Shown here: piece by piece, positions 22,701 to 33,470 of the stretch
Numbering within the stretch: the first letter of the stretch is position 1
Layout: each line of letters begins with the position of its first letter
Assembly (NCBI GenBank): GCA_950097015.1
Contig: CATNEN010000041.1
Coordinates: 992,001-1,056,000, forward strand
Direction of reading: 5' to 3'
From: Macrostomum hystrix
Lineage: Eukaryota > Animalia > Platyhelminthes
Length of the DNA stretch: 64,000 nucleotides
Translations under genes and position numbers: made by a program
Notes under the pieces: generated by a model
Told to the model about the DNA's origin: nothing
Databases searched by the model: none
Seen by the model: only the letters and a program-made list of their open reading frames with translations

Positions 22701-25700
22701 TCGGAGCCCTTGATGACGCTGGTTCCTGGAGGGAACTCGCGTCCATCGAACTCGCACTTGCACTCGCTGACGCTGACGCAGCGGCCCTCGTGCTGTACAT
22801 GGCCGTCGGGGCAAGCGCAGCCGGCCACGCAGACCTCGGAGGAGTCGCAGCGGGCGCCCAGGCTCAGCGCGGAGCACGAGTACTTGCAGTAGTCCACGCA
22901 CGGTTTCCACACCATGCCACTCGGACAGCTGCCACCTGAAATCAGGAGAATCTTGCTTTCTTTTTCTAGCAGACACCGATCTGCATGAGACTGACTTGCT
23001 ACTGCGCACTGGTCTAGTCACCAAACTGCTTGTGACTTGCTACTGCGCACTGGTCTAGTCACCAAACTGCTTGTGACTTGCTACTGCGCACTGATCTAGT
23101 CACCAAACTGCTTGTGACTTGCTACTGCGCACTGATCTAGTCACCAAACTGTATCAGACTTGCTACTGCGCACTGATCTAGTCACCAAACTGTATCAGAC
23201 TTGCTACTGCGCACTGATCTAGTCACCAAACTGTATCAGACTTGCTACTGCGCACTGATCTAGTCACTAAACTGTATCAGACTTGCTACTTCGCACTGAT
23301 CTAGTTACCAAACTGTATCAGACTTCCTACTTCGCACTGATCTAGTCACCAAACTGTATCAGACTTGCTACTTCGCACTAATCTAGTCACCAAACTGTAT
23401 CAGACTTGCTACTTCGCACTGATCTAGTCACCAAACTGTATCAAACTTGTTACTGCGCACTGGTCTAGTCATCAGACCTGGTATTGCACGCTGATCTCAT
23501 CAGAAGTTTAAGTAGACGCAAATGCCTTGCACAATGCTTTGCTCTAGTAGCTTTATCCCCCAGATCCCACGAATTTCTAAAACAAAATGAGCTCAGGCAG
23601 GCCTACCGCACTCCGGAATCTCTTTCTTCCAGTCCACAATGATCTTCCTTGCGGCGCACATGTGTCCTATGTGGCCGTAGAGGCCGCACAGGCAGCTGTC
23701 GTCCGACTTGGTGCAGGCGCACAGGTCACCCTGACACACCCGAGCGAAGTGCTCCCGCTCCGCGCCGCTCAGACAGTTGCCGAACAGTCCGCCCATGAGC
23801 TGGTCCTTCATCTGCTGGCACAGCATCTGTACCTGCTGATGCCGCACTGGGCTCAGATCGCAGCTGCTGGGTACTTGCACCTCGGCGTTGTCCTCGCAGA
23901 TTTTGTCTTGCTTCCAGGAGCGCATGAAGCTCATCGGCACATCATCGATGTCGCCATCTGGCTTAAGGAAGTCAGTGTTCTTGCTGCCGTCGTAGGTGCC
24001 ACAGAGGCCACGCAGTCGCCGACCCTTCAGGTCTGCCGCGGCATGAACGTACAGCTGGCCGCGCCGGCTGAAGGCCACGATCGGACCGCCGCGCGGCTTC
24101 ACCTTGGATCGGGAAATTAGGAGCGAGTCTTCGAGTTGCGGTTTTACAGCACCTGGGTGCCTTAACGGGAACGCACTCTCAATATTTTCAAGCCAGCCCA
24201 AGTGGCTCGTCTTTCATTTCCGAGAATTCACAAGAGCTCACCACTACGGCATTCTGCATGACAAACACAGTGAACTCCTTAGACTCGAAATAGGACTTAA
24301 TGCTGTTGAACGTTTGCGCGTTGAAGTTGATATTGAACTCTGAGGCGGCGTCCCTAGTTATAACGACGCGTTCTGATTTGCGCCGGATGTCCACAGATCC
24401 GACGCACGTGACCTTGGAGTTAAACGCGCACGGCTGGTTGATAACGTCAACGCTCAGAGATCCGTTCGCAATCTCAGCGTCAACCATTCGAAAGGTGCAC
24501 TTCGCCTGTGTTAGTTAAAATTTTGAAAAGCTTTTCTTTCTAAACGGAGACCGAACAATCACAAGACGTCAGTGACACTTACGTTAGACGAATAGTCTCT
24601 GCCGTCGAAGGTCTGGTAGTGAATGTCGCCGACAGCGTGGCAGACGGCCAGGCACTGCTCGTCCTGGCAGACCCAGTCGCCCTGGCATCGGCAGAGCTGG
24701 CAAGCCTGCCGCAGCTCGGTCCCCGGTGGGTAGAAACGGCCGCCGTGCTCGCAGGGGCAGTTGCTCTCGACCACACAGCGCTGGCCGTGCTCGTCCCACA
24801 GTTGGCCGCGTGGGCAGACGCAGCCCTCGATGCAGAATTCCATGTCGCAGTTGATCACTCGTTGCGTACAGGTCCGGCTGCAGCTCTCGCCGCAGATGTC
24901 GTACTGCCGGCCGTGGGTGCACTTGAATGCTGAGGAAGTTGTTTAGAATTCATTTTGAGTATGCAAACCGTTTTAACTGTCTCATCCTAGAACCTATCCA
25001 AAAATTCTTAGAAACGAACTTTGACTGCTTTCAGATAAAACTTAATCTAATAATTTTGAATAAGTTGATTTATTGGATGAATGAGTGTCGGAATTCCAAG
25101 CGCGAAAACGACTCACGGCAGCGGGTGCTTGTTCTCCAGTTAACTGGCTGCTGCTTCTCAATTTTACAGTGCTCAGCGTAGGCCTGCAGAGTACTGCAGA
25201 CGCAGTTCTCGGGGTTGGCTGCCATTGTGGCGGGGTCGCAGTTGCAGGCCTCTCGGACGCAGGACTCGATGTAGTCCAATGCGTTGACGTCGCGCTGGCA
25301 GTGGGCGAACGCTCTATCGTTCAGGAGAAGCCGCTGGCACATGCTCCTAGCCTGCTCTCGAGTGTCCGTCAAGCAGGTATCCCTATTTGAGGTTGCAGAA
25401 GAGCACCTAGGCTATTACTGTCCCGCTTTGTACACGTTCGTATCAGTTATTGTCAAAAGTACAAAAACAGTACAAAAGGCCTCCCCAACCCGTTGAACTA
25501 GCTTCCATTTACCCTCGAGTACGAGAGGTAGGACCATAGTAATTAGAAAAATGCGTGATCATCAATGCCAACTCACGGACATCGGCTGCCCCTGTGACAG
25601 ATGTCACTGCGATCCTGCAGCGCCCAGCTTCGTCCGAATTCATCGGGAGTAGCGGCTAGGTCCCCTCCCGGTGTGGTGAAGTCGTCCCTCTGGTTGTCAC

Positions 25701-27584
25701 TGTAACGGCCACAGAGGCCGCCTGTCCGGTGCTTGTAGCGCGCGTCCAACTCGGCTTGCACGTATAGGCCGCCGTCCCAGCGCAACTGGAAGCCCAGCGA
25801 GCTGCGAACGAGCACCCAGGGCCCCGTCTGGGTCACCTCGACGTTGCTGGCTGCGAACGGCATGTCGCTGCCGCGTAAGTCGGAGCAAACGTCGTGCCTA
25901 CCGCAGTTAAGCGAGTAGTCGAGCTGACGACGGTTGCGAAGCTCCAAGCGGACGAAGCCAACCTGGATGGTGATTCGACGGCTGCACGCGGTGGCGTTGC
26001 ACTCAGCGTCAGGATTGTGCAGCGTGACCTGGAACTGGTTGGAGTGCAGGTCGGCGAACAGCTGGTAGCTGCAGTGGCCGCAGAAGGAGAACTGTGAGCC
26101 GTCGAAGGTGCGGTAGCTGGACTCGCCCCAGACAAAGCACCAGGCTGAGCTTGTGTTGCGCTGCGGTGGAGCTGGCGTGGTGACCAACTCCGTGAACGTT
26201 GTGCGCGTACTCACGATCACTGGCAAAGAATTTTTAGGCGATGGGGTTTCATTGGATCTTTGTAATATTCGTGAGCATGTTTTCAGTCAGCGCTGCAAGG
26301 TAGTCATAGCAGCCACTCACCGGTCTCGCAGTACTTGCCGATGTAGCCGGGCGGGCAGCGGCACTCGTCGGGTGCCTCGCAGACGCCACCATTTCTGCAG
26401 CCGGGGCTGCACTTCGGTAGGCAGTCGCCAACGTCTCTGTCCCACTGGAGGTCGTATTGCGTGCAGGTCGCCACCTCTTTGGTCTGCTCACTTTCGAACC
26501 AGTAGCCGGCCTTGCACGTGATAGTGCATTCGCTGAATGAGGAATATTTAAGAATATGAGTTACTTGAGGCTTGAAGCCTTTGAGGCTGCTCATAGGCTG
26601 TGCTAGACCCGCACCCAGCCTACTCACAGTAACACATTGAACTGGTCCTCGCATTCGATCCGCTCAGCGTTGAGCACAACAGGCGGTCGGCACTCTCCCG
26701 GTTTGGCGGTGACGGGCGGTCCTGCATTGCGGAACGGCAAAGAGCTCAGCGTGAGACTCAGTCTCAGGAGAGGGCGAGACGCACTACAGTGCTCTGTTGC
26801 CCCTGACAACAGGCTGCAGGGAGTCTAACCAAGCCAAAGGCAGCCCCAAGCCAGCCAACCCGAGACACGCTGTCAAGGCGTGGCACGTAGGTAAAAAATA
26901 ATGATTAACACCGGCTTATCTTTACAAGTGTGGCATTGAGTCGCAGCAGAGCTTCAACCCTCCGATCTCTCCTTCCCTCTCTCTATCTGTCGTGTCCCTG
27001 TAGTTTTTTCGCTTTAATTTTGATTCGGTGTGAAATAATTGAGCAGACGGATTGGAGCCACGGCGGCCAGTCTGGACTCAAGTTGGACGCCGGTTAAAAT
27101 GCTAAATTGTTGCCATTTTTTTAGTTAACGAAACTTTTCAGATAAGCCGGGACTTGCTTTATCGGCTCTGCTGCAGTGAAAGAATTCTGTCACAATTGTG
27201 TCGTGAGCGGTTTCTGGGCGGTTTCTGGCTGGTTGCTGGGCATGTTTTAGGCTGCGAGTTTGGCTACAAGGACTGGGAGACTGTAAATATAAATTTTATT
27301 ACTTCAACCACGCCTTTTAATATATAAAAAGTGGGTCAACTAGTTATTCCTGCTGACGTTTGAAGTCGATTTTTTAACGGAAATGCAACAGCACTGGATG
27401 GCAACTCACTGACGTGACCCTGGCCGCTCACAGTTCTGCAAGAAAAAGTTAAGAGCAATGGTGCACGAAGATGAAAGCTGGAAAGTATGGAATTTTCCAC
27501 GTATTTCGCGCAGCTGGAATGGCCAACTCACCTGACTGAAATCAACAGGGCTGCAATCAGCAGTGACGCCACCCTGAACTCCAT
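7792..27584 (-). CDS. Giant secreted gel-forming mucin / hemocytin-like protein: signal peptide, sushi-like, EGF, 3x(VWD-C8-TIL), CysD(WxxW), F5/8 type C, PTS-CysD modules, VWC-like, C-terminal cystine knot; 25 exons, ~4,339 aa
   Basis: Exons 5'->3': 27584-27532, 27435-27410, 26721-26628, 26532-26321, 26219-25577, 25382-25117, 24929-24583, 24505-24242, 24102-23607, 22935-22695, 22325-22029, 21925-19549, 19466-19322, 19244-18549, 18090-17194, 17119-17090, 16969-16466, 15185-14562, 14117-13329, 13065-12385, 12135-10951, 10514-9873, 9470-9295, 9220-8212, 8117-7792; total 13,020 nt, every junction in phase. Signal MEFRVASLLIAALLISVRTVSG; VWD starts CFVWGESSYRTFDG, CHAVGDIHYQTFDG, CSVWGLGHFETFDG with GLCG motifs; CDKGGDCECFC as in MUC2/5-type D3; WTDW CysD domains; CTCK CSGYC..CC..C..C.C. 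Confidence 0.9.
9873..18090 (-). repeat. Coding 36-bp tandem repeat (SRTPSPPTPSEP, PTS mucin domain) in six exons, each followed by a CysD domain
   Basis: Plus-strand unit GGGCTCGGAGTCCTTGATGGCTCAGACGGAGTGGGT read in exons at 9873-10514, 10951-12135, 12385-13065, 13329-14117, 14562-15185, 17194-18090. Confidence 0.93.
15590..15760 (+). mobile_element. Possible decayed hAT transposase C-terminal (dimerisation) fragment in the largest central mucin intron
   Basis: Plus-frame translation PTAYCS*AESSFSALYRRFTSLLHQT resembles the hAT motif P.TS.S.ERSFS.L; in-frame stop; no terminal inverted repeats identified. Confidence 0.25.
22985..23470. repeat. 41-bp minisatellite (GACTTGCTACTGCGCACTGATCTAGTCACCAAACTGTATCA) in a mucin intron
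   Basis: About 12 tandem copies read directly. Confidence 0.95.
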
Positions 27585-27764
27585 ACTGCCAGGGCGTGCT
27601 TGGTGCGACTGGGAATCTGAAAGTTTTTTTAACGTAGCTTTTAGCGACTCCACTTAAGAATGATTTACAAACTGGGCGGCCTGGGCAGCATACTGCCGTG
27701 CGTGGCCTGCGAATGAGAGACTGGTAGAATGAGAGGTAGACTGGGCTTTCGGGTCAGAGGGCAC

Positions 27765-29370
27765 GGTGGGGTTTAGTGTGAGCTTTAGGGTGGGGTTTAG
27801 TGTGAGGTTTAGGGTGGAGTTTAGTGTGACGTATAGGTTGGGGTTTAGTGTGAGGTTACTGTGGGGTTGGTTTAGTGTGAGATTTAGGGTGGGGTTTAGT
27901 GTGAGGTTTAGGTTGGGGTTTAGTGTGAGGTTTAGGGTGGAGTTTAGTGTGAGGTATAGGTTGGGGTTTAGTGTGAGGTTACTGTGGGGTTGGTTTAGTG
28001 TGAGGTTTAGGGTGGGGTTTAGTGTGAGGTTTAGGTTGGGGTTTAGTGTGAGCTTTAGGGTGGGGTTTAGTGTGAGGTTTAGGGTGGAGTTTAGTGTGAG
28101 GTATAGGTTGGGGTTTAGTGTGAGGTATAGGTTGGGGTTTAGTGTGAGGTATAGGTTGGGGTTTAGTGTGAGGTATAGGTTGGGGTTTAGTGTGAGGTTT
28201 AGGGTGGAGTTTAGTGTGAGGTATAGGGTGGGGTTTAGTGTGAGGTATAGGTTGGGGTTTAGTGTGAGGTTTAGGGTGGAGTTTAGTGTGAGGTATAGGT
28301 TGGGGTTTAGTGTGAGGTATAGGGTGGGGTTTAGTGTGAGGTTACTGTGGGGTTTAGTGTGAGGTTTAGGGTGGGGTTTATTGTGAGGTTTAGGGTGGGG
28401 TTTAGTGTGAGGTTTAGGGTGGAGTTTAGTGTGAGGTACAAGTTGGGGTTTAGTGTGAGGTTTAGGGTGGAGTTTAGTGTGAGGTATAGGGTGGGGTTTA
28501 GTGTGAGGTTTAGGGTGGAGTTTAGTGTGAGGTATAGGTTGGGGTTTAGTGTGAGGTATAGGTTGGGGTTTAGTGTGAGGTATAGGTTGGGGTTTAGTGT
28601 GAGGTTTAGGGTGGAGTTTAGTGTGAGGTATAGGGTGGGGTTTAGTGTGAGGTTTAGGGTGGAGTTTAGTGTGAGGTATAGGTTGGGGTTTAGTGTGAGG
28701 TATAGGGTGGGGTTTAGTGCGAGGTATAGGTTGGGGTTTAGTGTGAGGTTTAGGGTGGAGTTTAGTGTGAGGTATAGGGTGGGGTTTAGTGTGAGGTTTA
28801 GGGTGGAGTTTAGTGTGAGGTATAGGTTGGGGTTTAGTGTGAGGTATAGGTTGGGGTTTAGTGTGAGGTATAGGTTGGGGTTTAGTGTGAGGTTTAGGGT
28901 GGAGTTTAGTGTGAGGTATAGGTTGGGGTTTAGTGTGAGGTTTAGGGTGGAGTTTAGTGTGAGGTATAGGGTGGGGTTTAGTGTGAGGTATAGGTTGGGG
29001 TTTAGTGTGAGGTTTAGGGTGGAGTTTAGTGTGAGGTATAGGTTGGGGTTTAGTGTGAGGTATAGGTTGGGGTTTAGTGTGAGGTTTAGGGTGGAGTTTA
29101 GTGTGAGGTATAGGTTGGGGTTTAGTGTGAGGTATAGGGTGGGGTTTAGTGTGAGGTTACTGTGGGGTTTAGTGTGAGGTTTAGGGTGGGGTTTATTGTG
29201 AGGTTTAGGGTGGGGTTTATTGTGAGGTTTAGGGTGGGGTTTAGTGTGAGGTATAGGGTGGGGTTTAGTGTGAGGTTTAGGGTGGGGTTTAGTGTGAGGT
29301 TTAGGCTTACGGTGGAGTTAATGGTGGGGTTTGGCGTGAGGTTTAGGGTGGGGTTTAGGGTGATGTTTGG
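27765..29370. repeat. 1.6-kb G-rich 24-bp minisatellite (GGTTTAGTGTGAGGTTTAGGGTGG and variants) containing TTAGGG/TTTAGGG
   Basis: Roughly 65 units; explains the FRVGFSVR ORFs at 27766-29461. Confidence 0.95.
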
Positions 29371-29694
29371 GGTGGAGTTTGCAGGGTTCCGGTTTTCTTG
29401 TCAAATAAACGTTTGCTATGTTCAACGAATTTTGAGAAATATCGATGCATTGTTGTTTTAAGTGGGTAAAACTGCATTGAAATACTCTTGAAATTTTTTA
29501 AAGGCTCAATATGTTTGAGCAGGCTCTTTGGATTGTCGATTATCCTTAGCCTTGAGATCCTAGGTATACTATAAAGGCGCTGAGGTCCGAGTGTACTACT
29601 CTCAGTCATCACTCCAGGAGACTGAATTCTTCATAAAGAGCCGAAACAAATTCTTCGAAAATCGGAAACATTACTGCTAGTCGGTTTTCGTTTG

Positions 29695-29970
29695 TGTCGG
29701 GTCGCAGGGTGCGGGGTAGAGGTCCCAGACGGGTCGCAGGGTGCGGGGTACAGGTCCCAGACGGGTTTCAGGGTGTGGGGTAGAGGTCCCAGACGGGTCG
29801 CAGGGTGCGGGGTACAGGTCCCAGACGGGTCGCAGGGTGCGGGGTACAGGTCCCAGACGGGTCGCAGGGTGCGGGGTACAGGTCCCAGACGGGTTTCAGG
29901 GTGTGGGATAACGGTCGAAGACGTGTTGCAGGGTGCGGGGCTACAGGTACCAGACGGGTCGCAGGGTGCG
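29695..29970. repeat. 32-bp minisatellite (GGGTCGCAGGGTGCGGGGTACAGGTCCCAGAC)
   Basis: About 8 copies read directly. Confidence 0.93.
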
Positions 29971-30184
29971 TGGTTAAGCCAGCATTAAGTATGGCAGAAT
30001 GGAATGTCAATGCTTACCAGGAGCTCGGCCTGAGTTTGCTGAGTTTCAAAGCCGGCGCGCTCTTGTAGTGGAAAAATCTGGCACGCCTACGAATAATATT
30101 TGCGGCGGCCTTTTGAATGGACTGGGCCGGGCGGAGGATGGGGTGGCTTGCCCCCTAGAGACGTCAGCGAAAAAAAGAGGCCCC

Positions 30185-30198
30185 GTTGTCATGACAAC
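30185..30198. promoter_or_regulatory. Perfect palindrome GTTGTCATGACAAC resembling an RFX X-box
   Basis: Close to the X-box consensus GTTGCCATGGCAAC; lies in GC-rich intergenic DNA between the divergent mucin and 8-TM genes. Confidence 0.35.
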
Positions 30199-30689
30199 TG
30201 TCGGCTTCTCGCCTGTGGAGCCGTGTCAGCTCCAGATAGCAGGAGGGGCTATCAGCGAGCGCGCATAGCTTTCCGAGTGTTTTGACAAGGGAGGCCCTGG
30301 GCGCAACAGCTCGGGGGGTTCGCTGTAGGGCGATAAGATAGGGCTGGCTTGGCCCGCCATTCTGAGCATTCCTGGCCTGAGTTGTCTGCAGCTGGGCGGC
30401 TGATCTCAGAAATCCAACTGAATTGAAAAAAAACTTACTTTTTGCAGGCAGCTGTTTCGCTTCTACGCATTTTTTCTGTAAAATATCTGAGACAATAATG
30501 CTCTATCTAGCCAAAAATGATAAAATTCATGTTTTGAAGACGCAGTTTGAAAGCTTGAACTTTTCAGAATAGCTTGTGGCTCTGCTTTATCTCACGTTTC
30601 CGAGTATCTTTTCGGGCATGTAATTTGTGACTCCTAATGTTAAATTTCTAATTGCTAAATTAAAGGCCAACTAAGATGCCTATCGACTG

Positions 30690-31130
30690 GCCTGTCAATC
30701 AGAAGGCCAACCAAAAGGCCAACCAAAAGGCCAATCAGAAGGCCAACCAAAAGGCCAACCAAAAGGCCAACCAAAAGGCCAATAAGAAGGCCATTAAAAA
30801 AGGCCAATAAGAAGGCCATTAAAAAAGGCCAATAAGAAGGCCAACCAAAAGGCCAATCAGAAGGCCAACCAAAAGGCCAATAAGAAGGCCAACCAAAAGG
30901 CTAATCAGAAGGCCAACCAAAAGGCCAATAAGAAGGCCAACCAAAAGGCCAATCAGAAGGCCAACCAAAAGGCCATTAAAAAAGGCCAATAAGAAGGCCA
31001 TTAAAAAAGGCCAATAAGAAGGCCAACCAAAAGGCCAATCAGAAGGCCAACCAAAAGGCCAATAAGAAGGCCAACCAAAAGGCTAATCAGAAGGCCAACC
31101 AAAAGGCCAATAATAAGGCCATTAAAAAAG
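30690..31130. repeat. 12-bp A-rich minisatellite (AAGGCCAACCAA / AAGGCCAATAAG / AAGGCCAATCAG variants)
   Basis: Tandem copies read directly. Confidence 0.93.
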
Positions 31131-32815
31131 CCAATGCCAATTAAAGAATGAGGAGGCCTGATTCCTATAAATGAAAAAGAAGATGAAAGTTTTCAAAATG
31201 CATTAAAAAAGCGATATCATGATATCGGGCCTCATTTTCCGCAGACTTGATTGCGTATCGCAGACACAAGCCACTTTGATCTGCTCGGCGGCAAACACGC
31301 TCACGGAGTGCTGGGTCCGGTGCCAGATGGACCAAACAGCAATTTCCGTTTCGGGGCTGGAAATGAATTCCCAATGGAACCCGTCCTCTCTGCCCCCCTA
31401 CCCCTGCTGCTCAGCTCGGAGCGGGCCGGCGAGCAGGCACTGTCCGGCAGTTTGTTTGGTAAATTGTCTCTTTTGCCTAAACCGCGGCTTTACTTTATGG
31501 TCGCTGGGGACTGCCCCCCGACCCCAGGCCTCGGACAGCTTCTTGCTGGTATGGATAAAAGTTTTTTAATTATTAATTCGCCTGATCGCCCTACTCAGTG
31601 AAGCTGAGCAGTGAGCAGTGTGTGTGTATGTGTGTTTGGGGCGTCCCTTACTTTCCCTCCCTACTCAAGCCCAGCTCATCTTTTCAATCATGGCCTGAGT
31701 TTGCTCTCTGCAACCCCCCCCCAGTCCGCACCGTGACGCCCTAGGCTCGCCTGTCACAAGCAATACGCTGGGAGCAACTGGAAAACTCTGGCAGCGACTC
31801 TTCTCTGATGCGGGATACGAAAGAAGACTGGCGCAGAGCAGCTAGAACACTGCCAGCTGTTTATGGGGCTCTGCTAAAATATTAATAGTCTGCTTGAAGG
31901 GGATCGGTCACCGCACCGTTGGTTCAATGGGGGCCGAGTTGACAGCTGACCGCGGCAGTTCCGAAACTCCTCATTTTGCGGGCCCAGTTTGGTAACAATG
32001 TGAGATCGACAATCCACTCGGCACTCGACTCCATTCGAATTCCACTCGAAATTGCACTTTTATTTCTCATGTTTTTAGCCTCGCGTCCTCACCCTGCTTT
32101 GAACCGCATTCTCTCACCCTCCGACTCTCGTGATTGGCTGCAACCCTTTCTTGCTGTACCCACCCCGACGCCACTCTTACCCTGTGCGAATTTTATGCAA
32201 GCCTGATATGCCCCGTATCGCGTAACGCTACTATTGAAAGGTCGTCTCTTACCGCAAGACTCAATTTAGTGCAAAAAACATAGCGAACAGCTGAAGTACA
32301 CAACTAACTAAACTTGGTCAGAGGTCCGAAGCTCTATCCTCTAGGCTGCAAGCTGCCATGCATCCAACCCATGCCAAAACATGGAAAAGTGCTTGAGTAG
32401 AGCAGTTTCACACTCTGGGGTTCCATGGCGATGAAAGAAACAGGCAGAACTTTGAGCCCAAGGTGAGGGTTGCCCACCACGCTCTGATTGACAGTGCATA
32501 GAGTGTTGATGAGGCCTGAGCTGCGTCAATGAAAGAGTGCAGGACAGCCTTCAGTTGAGGAACGCAATTAGAATTGAGTCGCATAGGCCTTATGAAACAA
32601 TGGCCGCGAGATGGCCTGTCAGTTCCACTGGCTTGGTCATGTGTGCGCGCCAGCTGCTTGTCGACCGGAAGCAGCAGAACCTGAATTGAGAAACAGAGAG
32701 AAGGGCGGGTGGGGAGAGGCGGCCGTTCGCTTCCAAGTCTCCGCGGCTCTCTCCGTTTTCCCAATCTGAGTCGCGGCAACGAGAGGTCTCACTTAGAGGC
32801 TGCTGGCCCTGCACT

Positions 32816-32838
32816 TGTGTGTGTGTGTGTGTGTGTGT
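32816..32838. repeat. (GT)n microsatellite
   Basis: Pure GT run. Confidence 0.9.
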
Positions 32839-33470
32839 GAGTGTGGGTCCTCCATCACCTTGCATGCAGCTGCTCCAGGCTCCCCACCCCAGTATTTCTC
32901 CCTCTCTCCTCGCTGGAGAGGACGAGCAAGGCAACAGCCTCCCCTGCGCCTCTGCCTGCCCTCTCGCTCCGTCCTCTCAGCCTAGTAGCTGAGGTGGGAC
33001 GCGGGGCTGGCCGCTGAGCTGAGGTTGCGCCTGAGGCTGAGCGGAGCAGGCCGAAAAGCGTACTCAGAGGACAGCCTGGTCAGGGACAGAGGTGGAGTGA
33101 GAGGTGAGGCGGCAGGGTATCGATTTGGCGGGCCATCAAGACTGCCTGCGTGAGTATTGGGGGAGAGGGGAGAGGGGGAGGCAGCCGGCTCACAAAGTCT
33201 CCCCCGGTGAGTCTGGCCAGGTCGCGGCTGAGTTTTCTGACCGGGCTCGCTGTGCCGTGAACATTTCGCAGCCTCCTTCGGCTCCGTCTGCAGCTCTGTC
33301 ACCCGACACAGAAAGGCATTGTCCGCCGCCCACAACTGTCAGCGCTGCGTAGTTGTCCGCCACCCAAATCCGCCCCTGTGCCGTCTCTACGGCCTCGATG
33401 CTGCGGCCACAGCGGAGCCGCGCCGGAAGGAATGCTAGTCACGTGACCAGGGCCGGGTGACCCTCCGGCT

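Noticed and set aside
27765-29370. True telomere
   Set aside because: Unit is a 24-mer rather than pure (TTAGGG)n and it is flanked by genes on both sides.
27766-29461. Long FRVGFSVR ORFs
   Set aside because: Stop-free by construction of the 24-bp satellite; no splice or expression signal.
31212-31227. 16-bp palindrome CGATATCATGATATCG
   Set aside because: About one such palindrome is expected by chance in 64 kb; no recognisable motif.
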